Source: a virus. Taken from it: 64,000 nt of DNA. Both the position numbers and the translations under genes were made by a program. A model generated the notes under the pieces. The model was not told the origin of the DNA and ran no database searches. It saw nothing but the letters and a program-made list of their open reading frames with translations. The DNA lies in the IMG/VR virus record IMGVR_UViG_3300031972_002304, positions 2,522-66,521 of that record. One strand, given 5' to 3'. Below, in pieces: positions 29,183-38,103 of this stretch; the first letter of the stretch is position 1; the number at the start of each line of letters is the position of its first letter.

Positions 29183-30244
29183 TCAAAGTTCCGCGGTTGC
29201 TGGCAAACTATGGCTGGCGGAGGTGCGCGCCAGCCGTATCGTCTCAATCCTGATCTCGCCCTCGATTGCGCCTTCCAGCGATTTGACGATAACGCTGACA
29301 GGTTGATTTGGTCGCTCGACTTCGAACGCCATTGTGGCCGAAAACTGCCCGTCCCTGACAATCCCGGTCCTGACCTCCTCGCCGTGACGGCGCCCGACGA
29401 GCGTTTTAACGCCGATCTCGTTTCCGGAGAGGTTCGCCGTCAGGCGGAACACCACCTCCATAAGCCATCGGCCGGGCGGAAGAGAATAGGCTGGACCACC
29501 CGCTAGGCGCTTAGCCCGCCCAAGCATCTGCACATTTCCGTCATCAGCGGAAGCGGACCGGTCGATCGTGGCCTCCGCAGGCCAGCGCATCGCCTTTGGC
29601 ATCTTGCCTCCGGCCATCGGCTCATAAGCTTCCGCCGCCGTGACCAGGATGCGCAAATCACGATCTGATATCTCCTCCAAGGTGCGAGCCATCTGGCCAT
29701 AGCCGGGGAAACGGCTGCGCATCGTTGCCGCCACCGGCGTGTGCTGCGTGATGCGGTCAAGGCCCAATCCTGCCGCCACGGCTTCGACAAGCCCGCCATC
29801 CGGCTCGATGCCGTAGAACAGAGCAACCGACTGGATTAGCGGCAGTAACAGGGCATCGTCGTCGGGCCACGCGTAGACCACCACGCTCGCGGCATCGCAA
29901 AGCCCGGCCATCTCCGCGAACGTGCCTGTTGCGGCTCTGACCGCAGCCTCTGCATCGACTTTGCGACGGAGGATCGACAGGGCGACCGTTTCCGCGAAGC
30001 CACCGCCAAACATCAGGATCTTGGACTGCGTGCGCCGGAACAACTCGATCATACGCGGATCGCTGCCGGACAGCGAAACGACCGCCGGCGCACCGCCGAG
30101 CAGTTTGTAGGCCTGATAGAAAGCGTCCAGGCTGCCTGCCTGCACCGTTTCGACGCGCCCGAAATGGTGCCGGGCAATTGCGTGGATGATGTCGAGCCCC
30201 AGCCGGCTGTATGACGACGGAGCGGAGGAGACTACGAATAGCAT
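29183..30244 (-). CDS. Hypothetical moron protein (353 aa)
   Basis: Long ORF opposite to the late operon; C-terminal LPPGRW beta-rich segment. Confidence 0.65.
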   Translation of the reverse strand: MLFVVSSAPSSYSRLGLDIIHAIARHHFGRVETVQAGSLDAFYQAYKLLGGAPAVVSLSGSDPRMIELFRRTQSKILMFGGGFAETVALSILRRKVDAEAAVRAATGTFAEMAGLCDAASVVVYAWPDDDALLLPLIQSVALFYGIEPDGGLVEAVAAGLGLDRITQHTPVAATMRSRFPGYGQMARTLEEISDRDLRILVTAAEAYEPMAGGKMPKAMRWPAEATIDRSASADDGNVQMLGRAKRLAGGPAYSLPPGRWLMEVVFRLTANLSGNEIGVKTLVGRRHGEEVRTGIVRDGQFSATMAFEVERPNQPVSVIVKSLEGAIEGEIRIETIRLARTSASHSLPATAEL

Positions 30245-30269
30245 GCGATGGTTTTAATGCGGGTGCCTG

Positions 30270-30425
30270 TCATGGCTTTGCCTTCATGAGCGCGTTGCGG
30301 CTGGTCACCATCCTATAGTCGTCGGCGAAGCGGACAAGGCAACTGTTCATCGTGCCGCGGGCCTCAACGGTGCAGCGCTGGCCCTTCCGGCCCTGGCGGT
30401 TCCAGCGGTAGATGTAGACCTGCAT
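30270..30425 (-). CDS. Small hypothetical protein (51 aa)
   Basis: AAGGA RBS; MQVYIYRWNRQGRKGQRCTVEARGTMNSCLVRFADD... Confidence 0.55.
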   Translation of the reverse strand: MQVYIYRWNRQGRKGQRCTVEARGTMNSCLVRFADDYRMVTSRNALMKAKP

Positions 30426-30427
30426 CC

Positions 30428-30601
30428 GTTGCGATCCTTCATGGTCTGTCGCAACGCCGTGCCAGACTCATCAGCATCTTGGCAGAAATTCCTAATCTGA
30501 GGGTCACTGGTTCGAATCCAGTCGGGATCACCAATCAAATCAGGAACTTGATGCTGCATCTGTCCTTGGCGTTGCGACCATGTTGCGACGCCGTTGCGAC
30601 G
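30428..30601. promoter_or_regulatory. Integrase arm-type sites and IHF site of attP
   Basis: GTTGCGAC at 30571, 30582, 30593 (11-bp period), inverted copy at 30448, variant at 30428; AATCAGGAACTTG at 30538 fits WATCARNNNNTTR. Confidence 0.75.
30488..30533 (+). other. attP core: 3' half of tRNA-Arg(CCU)
   Basis: TTCCTAA anticodon loop, T-arm CACTGG-TTCGAAT-CCAGT, CCA end; no 5' half; adjacent to integrase 3' end. Confidence 0.9.
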
Positions 30602-30602
30602 C

Positions 30603-31790
30603 CTACGTTTTCGGCTTGTTCCTGGCGGCGACTCGCGCGGCCGCCGCGGCTCTGGTTTTGTCGAGCGTCCCGCGGCTGTAGATCGCCGTTGTCGCGATCT
30701 GCGAATGGTTCGCGTGGTGTCGCATCGTCTCGAGGTCGACGCCAGCCGTTGTGCCCTCGGTGACGCCTCCGGCGCGGCTGTCGCGGTTCCACACGCCATC
30801 GGGCACACCAGCCTTGCGCGCGATCGCCCGCCACATCTGGAAGAAGTTTCGATAGCGATAGGGCAGGCCGGTCGTCTCGTTCTTGACGATGGGCCCCAAG
30901 CGGTTCTCCGCAGGGATCAACGCCAGGCACTCGGCGACGAGCGGATAGGCCGCCGTGTCATGCACGGCCTGCTGACCGGTCTTCGTGGTCTTCTTCCGCA
31001 GCACGCCGTCGCGATCGATGTCAGACCACTGCACGCCGCCGCTCCACCGCTGGCCGCGATCGACGATTCCGCTGGCGCTCTCGCGGTTCGGCGTCCATTC
31101 CCCGATGACGTCGATCTGGCGCAGGGTGAGTTCGAACTGAAGGGCCTGGGCGATGGCGATGGAAGGCCGGCCCATCTCGATCGCCTTCAGGATTATCGCG
31201 CTGCTCTGTTCGAAGGTGACGAATTCTGACCGGGCAGCCGGACTGGCGAAGCGCATGGCCGCCAAGATCGCCGCAAGCCTGGCGCACTCGGGGATGTCCA
31301 TCGTGACGCCGAACTTCACGACGATGCGCAGGATCTGCATGGCCTTGAAAGCCCGGCGGACGCGCTCGGGGCCACCTTCGTCCCGAGGCTCGCGCAGCTT
31401 CGTGTACCAGCGCCGGAAGTCGGCGCCGTTCAGCCGGGCGAGGATGCGGTCGCCGACGGCTGTCTCCAGAAGGTCGAGGGATTCGCCGTACATGCGCCGG
31501 CTGTTGTCCTTCAGCGCGTGGAACGGGCTTTCCGGGGTCTTGCGGTAGAGCGTGATCAGGCCGCGCAGGGTGCCGTCGAAGCGCGCGCCGGCATCACCGT
31601 TGCCGGACAGCCATTCGAGCAGCTCGGCCGTGTAGCGCTGGCAGAGGTGGGCGATCGCCGCCTCGTCGGTTTCGTGGATGCGGATCGTGGGCGTCGGGTA
31701 GCCGTCGGCTTTCTTGGAGATGGCCTTCGCCACCCAATAGAGCGCGGCGCCGCCGGCGCGCTTTCGCCGCTGGAGGCCGGGTGTTCTCAC
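30603..31790 (-). CDS. int: Tyrosine integrase
   Basis: LRQIDV, KKTTKTG, RDSRAGG, HANHS, terminal Y motifs; next to attP. Confidence 0.92.
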   Translation of the reverse strand: MRTPGLQRRKRAGGAALYWVAKAISKKADGYPTPTIRIHETDEAAIAHLCQRYTAELLEWLSGNGDAGARFDGTLRGLITLYRKTPESPFHALKDNSRRMYGESLDLLETAVGDRILARLNGADFRRWYTKLREPRDEGGPERVRRAFKAMQILRIVVKFGVTMDIPECARLAAILAAMRFASPAARSEFVTFEQSSAIILKAIEMGRPSIAIAQALQFELTLRQIDVIGEWTPNRESASGIVDRGQRWSGGVQWSDIDRDGVLRKKTTKTGQQAVHDTAAYPLVAECLALIPAENRLGPIVKNETTGLPYRYRNFFQMWRAIARKAGVPDGVWNRDSRAGGVTEGTTAGVDLETMRHHANHSQIATTAIYSRGTLDKTRAAAAARVAARNKPKT

Positions 31791-32035
31791 CAGTTTTCCT
31801 TTCCGTCGGGTTGCAGCGGCAGAGCGCCGCCGCCAGCATCGGGCCTCAAGCCCGCCCGCCGGTCAAGGAATTCGCGCACAGCCGGCCAATATCGCCGATC
31901 GTGGAACATCGGATCGCGGCGTGGGAAGCCTTGCCGCTCGAGCACGGTCAGGCGCTCGGCGACCTCCTCCTTCTTCAAGCCAAGCCGGGTCGCAATCTCG
32001 GCGTCGGACAGGAAAAGACGCTCGGCCGTGCTCAT
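31787..32035 (-). CDS. Excisionase-like wHTH protein
   Basis: SDAEIATRLG..GFP..RRYWPAV; immediately upstream of int. Confidence 0.7.
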   Translation of the reverse strand: MSTAERLFLSDAEIATRLGLKKEEVAERLTVLERQGFPRRDPMFHDRRYWPAVREFLDRRAGLRPDAGGGALPLQPDGKENW

Positions 32036-32424
32036 CCCCGCGCTCCAGCATGCATGATCACCTTCAGCGCCTCGGCTTCGTTGCCGGTGACGGCGTAGAG
32101 GAGGAGGGCGATTCCGCACGGGTCGGCGATGCCGTGCATCTGCCAGAAGGCGAGCTCGTTCATGGAATGCTGCTCGCGGTGCTCGGCCGGGGTGAGCGGC
32201 AGAACGAACTCGTCCGAAGGCTTCCGGCCCTTGCCCGTGCTTGGCTTGCCGTGCTGGGGCGCGGCCATGCGCAGATGGCAGGCTTCGACGCCGAACTCGC
32301 CGGAGACGATCGAGGGCAAGGTCCGGATGAAGGCGAGGTGGCGCGGGTTCTCGCGCCGGCGTGTCTCGCGGCCGGACGGGTCGAGCGAGAAGGCGGTCGA
32401 GGGGCGGGGGATGATGCCGGCCAT
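32032..32424 (-). CDS. DUF968-like putative HNH-type nuclease
   Basis: HLAFIRTLP, EACHLR, KPSD, LPL..EHREQH motifs. Confidence 0.75.
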   Translation of the reverse strand: MAGIIPRPSTAFSLDPSGRETRRRENPRHLAFIRTLPSIVSGEFGVEACHLRMAAPQHGKPSTGKGRKPSDEFVLPLTPAEHREQHSMNELAFWQMHGIADPCGIALLLYAVTGNEAEALKVIMHAGARG

Positions 32425-32425
32425 G

Positions 32426-33121
32426 TCAGAGTACGCTCGCCGGCATGGCGTGGATGTTGCGGCGGTCGACCGTGAACGTGTAGGCGGCAATCCAAGGGTT
32501 CATCGCCGAGCCGAAGCCGCGCTTGGCGTTGAGGCTGTCCCAAAGGGTGCGGTAGCTTTCGCGAGGATCTGCGAAGTGCCGCTTGGCCATGTCGTCACCG
32601 CGCAGGTAGTCGTGCCAGCCCCACACGCCTGGCATCCCCGCCGCGTGATCCTTCTCGATCCCCTCGGCTTCCGCATCCTCATCGCTGATATCCTGCAGCC
32701 GCTGCACCCGGACATCTGTGACGGTGAGCGTCAGGCGTGAGGCCCACCGGGGCATGTGCATGGCCGCGCGAAGGCGGACGAGGCCGACTGTCCGAAACGT
32801 CCAGCGCTCTCGTGATCCGTCGGCTTCGAAATGCACAGGCTCCTCACCTCCCATGTCGGACGGGCGAAGGTCATCATAGGCGATACTCGATCGCCACGCC
32901 TCGCGCACCCAGAGGCGGTCGCCTCGGGTATACCTAGGGCGGAAGGTGGCGCCATGGCGGATCAGCTGGTCGGCGGGCCACGAGATGAGAATGTCGCCTG
33001 GGAGAAGCTTCTTGGCCTGCTCGCCGGAGAGGGGCAATGTCACCCGCCGCGTCTGCGTCTTTCGCCCGTCGAGAATGGCGCGCAACATCGGGGCACTGAA
33101 GTGGATAGGTTTGTCGCTCAC
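32426..33121 (-). CDS. ASCH-like phage protein
   Basis: MLRAILDGRKTQTRR, GDRLWVRE, MHMPRWASR, RLQDIS..DA.AEG. Confidence 0.8.
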   Translation of the reverse strand: MSDKPIHFSAPMLRAILDGRKTQTRRVTLPLSGEQAKKLLPGDILISWPADQLIRHGATFRPRYTRGDRLWVREAWRSSIAYDDLRPSDMGGEEPVHFEADGSRERWTFRTVGLVRLRAAMHMPRWASRLTLTVTDVRVQRLQDISDEDAEAEGIEKDHAAGMPGVWGWHDYLRGDDMAKRHFADPRESYRTLWDSLNAKRGFGSAMNPWIAAYTFTVDRRNIHAMPASVL

Positions 33122-33666
33122 GCCGCCCTCCTGTCGCAGATGCCCCACCACAGCGCGGCGACGGCGCGGACGCCGACGGTTTCCTTGAACTCGATCGCGG
33201 CCAGCTTCTCGACGGCCGCCTCGAACTTCATCGCCTTGCCGCCGTTTGCGACCTGGGCGGCCTCGACCAGCGCGCAGCGGCGCGTCAGGCCGGGCCGGCG
33301 CCACTCGGGCGGCGCGGCCTTGATCCGGTCGAGCTCGATGTCGATGACGCGGGAGGCGAACTCCTCGCTGTAGGCGACGATCTCGCCGGCGGACCGGACG
33401 AGATCCATGAAGACGCCGAGCGCGGCCCGTGCACGGACGCCGTAGAGTTCGGCGCGGCGCGGCGACACGTCGTGCTTGGCGCGGGCCCCGTCGCTGCTCG
33501 TCCAGCCTTCGGGCCGGATGAGCGCGCACATTGTGGCGGCCTCCTCGCGCTTGGCGTCGAAGAGGATGGCGCCGAGCTTGACCATGCGAGGCTGCGACGG
33601 ATCGCCGAGCGGCCGGTCGAACTTCACCAGCCCGGTCGTGTCGGTCTTGAAGACGAGGATCGACAT
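33118..33666 (-). CDS. DnaQ-like 3'-5' exonuclease homolog, degenerate active site
   Basis: VFKTDTTGL, QPRMVKLG, IRPEGW fit the fold; acidic catalytic residues altered. Confidence 0.65.
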   Translation of the reverse strand: MSILVFKTDTTGLVKFDRPLGDPSQPRMVKLGAILFDAKREEAATMCALIRPEGWTSSDGARAKHDVSPRRAELYGVRARAALGVFMDLVRSAGEIVAYSEEFASRVIDIELDRIKAAPPEWRRPGLTRRCALVEAAQVANGGKAMKFEAAVEKLAAIEFKETVGVRAVAALWWGICDRRAA

Positions 33667-33669
33667 CGC

Positions 33670-34077
33670 TCAGCCCTCCGCGTCGATGCGATAGGCATGC
33701 CCGCACCGCCCGCAGGTGTAGACGGACATCATCGCGTCGTGCCGGGGCGTCCACTCGTGGGCGCACTCCGACCAGGTGAAGAACCGCGGCTCGAGCGTTC
33801 CGACGTGGATGGCGACGGCGACGCCGCCGCGCTGCGCCGGATCGAAGGTCGCGAAGACCCGGCATGCTTTACCGTCGACGCGGCGGATACCGAGTTCGGC
33901 CAGAACCTTCGGCGCACCGGCGGCGAACAGGTTCCAGTAGGCGGGCGGGCTGATCTCCACCGCGTTCGGGAGCGGCCAGACGATCGCGTCAGCGTCGAGC
34001 ACGCCGAGGGCGGAAAGGACGTCGACGGTGGTCTCGTCACGGGCGAGGGTGGTCTCGTGGATCATGGCTGTGCTCAC
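33670..34077 (-). CDS. Hypothetical protein with C-terminal zinc ribbon
   Basis: CAHEW...CGRCGH; start overlaps helicase stop. Confidence 0.6.
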   Translation of the reverse strand: MSTAMIHETTLARDETTVDVLSALGVLDADAIVWPLPNAVEISPPAYWNLFAAGAPKVLAELGIRRVDGKACRVFATFDPAQRGGVAVAIHVGTLEPRFFTWSECAHEWTPRHDAMMSVYTCGRCGHAYRIDAEG

Positions 34078-35210
34078 ATTACGAGGGTCAGGTTCTCGGC
34101 CGCACGGGTGATGCCCGTGTAGAGCCAGCGGAATCGATCGGCGCGGAAGGCGGAGCTTTCGTCGAACAGGACGACGTTGCGCCACTGCGAGCCCTGGCTC
34201 TTGTGGACGGTGATCGCGTAGCCGTAGTCGAACTCCTGCGTGCCCATCTTCGAGCGCCAGTCGAGTTGCTTCAGCCGATCGTCGCCCTGAAAGAAGTGCT
34301 CCCAGACATCGACCGGCACGAAGTGGCCGGGATTGTCGGCGTCCTGCACGACCATGCGGTAGATCTTGCCTTCGGGCGTCTTCTTCGCCCGGTTGTGCTT
34401 CTCAAGCTGCCAGAGGCCGCCGTTTAGGAGCCCGGCCGAGCTATCGTTGCGAAGGCAGATCAACGTTTCGCCCGGCATTGGGTCGGTGGCGTCGAAGCCC
34501 TTGAGGCTGCGGATGCGCGCGTTGTAGCGATGCCTCGTCATGTTCCGCCCGACGAGGATCGCATCCGACGCGAGCACCATCTCGCTGTTGATCTCGCTGC
34601 TGGACAGGATCTTCAGACCGTCGGCATCAGCCCAGCCGAAGTCCTTCGCGTGACGCGCATCCGGCATCGTCCCTTGCCGGACGAGCGTCGCGAGTTGCAG
34701 GATCGGACTTTCGGCTGCCTGGCGGTGAACCTCGTCGAGCATGAAGTCGGGCCGATCGACTTCGGTGAACACGCCGACATCCTTCCCGACAGGCGGAAGC
34801 TGCGCAGGATCACCGAGGACTAGGACCGGCTTTCGGAACGACAGGAGATCGTTCGCCAGCTTCTCGCCCACCATCGAGCACTCATCGATGATGACGAGAT
34901 CGACGTTGCGCATGTTGCGGTCGGTCTTCTTGTATTTGAACAGGCCGGTTTCCTCGTCCTGCTCACTGGCGTAGATCAGCGAATGGATGGTGGATGCGTC
35001 GCTGCAGCCTTTCTCGCGGAGCACCTTGGCGGCCTTGCCGGTGAACGCCGCGAAGGCGACCTTGCCGTTGTGCTGAGAGGCAAGATGCTTGGCGAGCGTC
35101 GTCTTGCCGGTGCCTGCGTAGCCAAAGAGGCGGAAGACCTGCTGGTCACGCTGCTTCAGCCATGCGCCGACGGCGTCGATCGCCTTCGTCTGCTGAGGCG
35201 AAAAGTCCAT
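34074..35210 (-). CDS. RecD/Dda-like SF1B DNA helicase
   Basis: GYAGTGKT, DECSMV, GDPAQLPPV, YAITVHKSQGS, YTGITRA. Confidence 0.95.
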   Translation of the reverse strand: MDFSPQQTKAIDAVGAWLKQRDQQVFRLFGYAGTGKTTLAKHLASQHNGKVAFAAFTGKAAKVLREKGCSDASTIHSLIYASEQDEETGLFKYKKTDRNMRNVDLVIIDECSMVGEKLANDLLSFRKPVLVLGDPAQLPPVGKDVGVFTEVDRPDFMLDEVHRQAAESPILQLATLVRQGTMPDARHAKDFGWADADGLKILSSSEINSEMVLASDAILVGRNMTRHRYNARIRSLKGFDATDPMPGETLICLRNDSSAGLLNGGLWQLEKHNRAKKTPEGKIYRMVVQDADNPGHFVPVDVWEHFFQGDDRLKQLDWRSKMGTQEFDYGYAITVHKSQGSQWRNVVLFDESSAFRADRFRWLYTGITRAAENLTLVM

Positions 35211-35665
35211 TATGCCACCTCACTCCTCGCCTGTTCGAATGACATCCCGGCCATGGCTTCGACGCTCTCGCGCAGCTGCTGGTCAGGGATTCCTGGGATG
35301 ATGTCCGTGTGGATCTTCGCCATCAGGACATCGATGTATCGGGTCCAATCCTCGGCGCCCCATTCGGCGGTCGAGACTGGCGTGGCGCGGACGTCGCCGC
35401 GCCCGGTGATGATGACGGCATCGCAGTAGCCGCAGGAGATCAGCAGCTGCCGGTGCGCCTGATCGGCCGTCGGCCACATCTCGGTCATCTCGACGAGCCG
35501 GTGGAGGAGCGCGCGATACCAAGCGACGAGGCGCTGGTTCGGCTTCTGCGTCGCGACGACGGTGACGAAGCCCCGGACGGCCAGCCGCTCGATCTCGTCC
35601 TTGTCCCGGGGGGCCGCGGCGATAAGAGCCTCGCCGCGGCGGTACATGAGGAGTTCGATCGGCAT
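35210..35665 (-). CDS. DUF1367/NinB-like recombination-region protein
   Basis: WYRALL, LISCGYCD; lies between Bet and helicase. Confidence 0.55.
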   Translation of the reverse strand: MPIELLMYRRGEALIAAAPRDKDEIERLAVRGFVTVVATQKPNQRLVAWYRALLHRLVEMTEMWPTADQAHRQLLISCGYCDAVIITGRGDVRATPVSTAEWGAEDWTRYIDVLMAKIHTDIIPGIPDQQLRESVEAMAGMSFEQARSEVA

Positions 35666-35862
35666 CACCAACTCGCCAAGCTTGCGAGGATTGCGATCGA
35701 AAGGCCGAAGCCTGCCATGAGCATCGCGATGCGATCCCCCGTGCTGGTCTCAATCACCCAGCCGAAATCAAGGGTAACGAAGGCGATCAAGAGGTAGACG
35801 AAGATCGAGGGGCCGAAGACGATCAATGCGATGACGCCTATCGCCAAGAGGGTATCCTTCAT
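35665..35862 (-). CDS. Small membrane protein
   Basis: Hydrophobic 65 aa; coupled to both neighbours. Confidence 0.6.
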   Translation of the reverse strand: MKDTLLAIGVIALIVFGPSIFVYLLIAFVTLDFGWVIETSTGDRIAMLMAGFGLSIAILASLASW

Positions 35863-37136
35863 CAGCCCAGCCTTTCGAACGCGTCGGCGAAGGCGCTGTC
35901 GAAATGCTCCTCCTTGTCGGCGGTGCTGAGCAGGCCCTCCTCCACGGCGGCCTCGACGTCGGCGAGGGCGATCTCGACGGCCTCCTTATCGCCTTCCTTG
36001 ATGCGTTCGATGATGTCGTCGCGAAAAGCCACCGGGTCGAACTCCACTGCTTCGCCAGCGCCACCTCCGTCTGGAGCGCCGCCGTCGCCGTCGCCCTGGT
36101 CGGCAGCCGGCGGCGCCAAGCGGACGCGGTACTTTTCCTTGATCGCGACGATGCGATCGTACTGCTCCTGGTTTCGATGCCTCGGGCGCTGGTCGAAAAC
36201 CACCCTCAGCTCGTCCAGATTGCCGGCCTTCGCCATCGCCGATTCCCACTTGCGCAGATCGGCGTCGAACGGATCTTCGTCGATCGTCTGCTCGCGCTTC
36301 GGCGGCGCGGGCGGCGTGGTCTGCTTCGGCGGGGCCGGCGGCGTCTTCTTCGCCTCGCTGGAATATTCCTTACGAAGTCGGTGGAAGGTCGCCTCGTCGA
36401 TCTCCTCGGTCATACCATCGCCTTTTCCTGCGATGTTGGCCCCGTCGTCGGTCGACCAGACGCTGCTGCTTTCGCCATGGTGCCAGTAGCGCAGCACGGC
36501 CCCGACGCTCTGGTCGCTCTTGCTGCTATCGCCCTGCTTGGCCGGGGTCGGGGGAGACGGAGGAGTAACCGCCGGCGTGACGTCGCGCATGTCGGCGATC
36601 TTCGCCGCCTCGTCCTCGTCGTAGACGCCGGCGAAGCCGAACGCATATCGTGCCGCCTGGATGAGCGTCTTGTGGCGCAGCATCCGGTGCTTCATCTTCC
36701 ACGGGTCGGTCGCCCTGATGCACTCGATCAAGTATTCCGTGATGCGCACCGGCCGACTGCGGTCCTTCCGGTACATGATGCAGGTGCAGGAGATCAGGTT
36801 GCCCTTGTCGTCGTGCTCGTCCTCGAATTCGAACCCGTCGCAGGCGGGGTGCGAATTGATCAGATGTACCCAGCCGTCGATTGATACGACGGGCACGATG
36901 CCGCCGCCCTTCGCGGGGAACGCGTAAATCTCCTTCGTGAGCGGGTTCAGCCCGTATTCCTTGGCGACGAGGAGGAAAGCGGCGAACTCCTCGCGGGTGG
37001 CCGGCGCCTCGTTTCTGCTGGGCCTCATGCAGGTGGCGCGCACCGTGGCCTCGAACGCGTCGGGCTCCATGCCGAAACGCTCGGACATGGTTTTCAGGAC
37101 CGAGCGCGGCTCGGCGGCGACGAGGGCGTTGCTCAT
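35862..37136 (-). CDS. bet: Redbeta/RecT-family ssDNA annealing protein
   Basis: GLNPLTKEIYAFP, VVSIDGW, RMLRHKTLIQAARYAFGF.G.YD.DE. Confidence 0.93.
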   Translation of the reverse strand: MSNALVAAEPRSVLKTMSERFGMEPDAFEATVRATCMRPSRNEAPATREEFAAFLLVAKEYGLNPLTKEIYAFPAKGGGIVPVVSIDGWVHLINSHPACDGFEFEDEHDDKGNLISCTCIMYRKDRSRPVRITEYLIECIRATDPWKMKHRMLRHKTLIQAARYAFGFAGVYDEDEAAKIADMRDVTPAVTPPSPPTPAKQGDSSKSDQSVGAVLRYWHHGESSSVWSTDDGANIAGKGDGMTEEIDEATFHRLRKEYSSEAKKTPPAPPKQTTPPAPPKREQTIDEDPFDADLRKWESAMAKAGNLDELRVVFDQRPRHRNQEQYDRIVAIKEKYRVRLAPPAADQGDGDGGAPDGGGAGEAVEFDPVAFRDDIIERIKEGDKEAVEIALADVEAAVEEGLLSTADKEEHFDSAFADAFERLG

Positions 37137-38101
37137 GACATTTTCTCCGCCGCTTCGACACGGTCTATCGCGGCCTTCAGCAGGATGTTCAGCTCGGTGA
37201 TGACGTACTGGCCGAGCGGCATGAAGATCAGCCGATCATCTGGCGGCAGTGCCGTGGTGAAGCCCTGCATCCAGCAGGCGAGGTCGGAGCAGGACGCGCT
37301 GAATTCCTCCAGCTTTTCCTTCGGCACGAAGACGGCGGTCACGCTGCCGTCGAAGTATGAGTCGTGCGGTACGCAGAGGGCATCCAGCCGGCTCTCGGCC
37401 CGCTGCATGTCGGCGAGAATGTCGTTCGCCCGGTCGCGCCACATCTCGACGTCGTGCTTCAGCCTGGAAGCTGTCGAGACAAGCCGATTGACGACATCCT
37501 CGATGCTCTCGTGCGGTAGCGGTCGAATAATGCTGAGAGCGTCGCACAACGGTGCGAAATCGCTTCGGCAGGCTGAGCCATGCTTCAGCCGGTCGATCTG
37601 CGAATGCAGCTTGCCGATTTCCTGCCGCTGATGTTCGGCAACCTGCCGCAGCCGATCGACAGACTGCAGGCACTCGTGGAAGACGGTCGAGCGGTGCCGG
37701 TTCGGACCGACCTTCTCGACGCCCAGCCGCTTGGCGAGGTGGTTTGCATCGGAGCGCGACAGACCATCGAAGACGTCGATGCGCGTCTGCAGTTGCTCAA
37801 CCTCCTGCCGCAGCCGCTCGTTCTCCTCGGCGGCGTGATGCGGGACGGGCGGGATCCACTCGGCGACGAGCCTAATCGAATTGCCAAGAGGGCAACTTCC
37901 ATCGGATCGGAAGGTCAGAAATCCATCGTGGAAATCGAACGCCTCGTCCAGATTGCGCTTCTTCATCGGCCCATGCAGGAAGCCGTCAGCGTCGACGTAG
38001 ATCTTGCCGGCCTCGATCTTCAGCGGCGTGGCCGGCGCGCCTTCGACCTCGGCGAAGTCGGGATCGTCCAGGTGTCGTTTTCCGTCATCGATCGCGACCA
38101 T
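37133..38101 (-). CDS. Hypothetical coiled-coil protein
   Basis: ATG 38101 next to upstream stop; KIEAGKIY motif. Confidence 0.6.
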   Translation of the reverse strand: MVAIDDGKRHLDDPDFAEVEGAPATPLKIEAGKIYVDADGFLHGPMKKRNLDEAFDFHDGFLTFRSDGSCPLGNSIRLVAEWIPPVPHHAAEENERLRQEVEQLQTRIDVFDGLSRSDANHLAKRLGVEKVGPNRHRSTVFHECLQSVDRLRQVAEHQRQEIGKLHSQIDRLKHGSACRSDFAPLCDALSIIRPLPHESIEDVVNRLVSTASRLKHDVEMWRDRANDILADMQRAESRLDALCVPHDSYFDGSVTAVFVPKEKLEEFSASCSDLACWMQGFTTALPPDDRLIFMPLGQYVITELNILLKAAIDRVEAAEKMS

Positions 38102-38103
38102 GA

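Noticed and set aside
30460-30533. Complete tRNA gene
   Set aside because: No acceptor 5' strand or D-arm and the anticodon stem 5' side is mismatched; it is the att core
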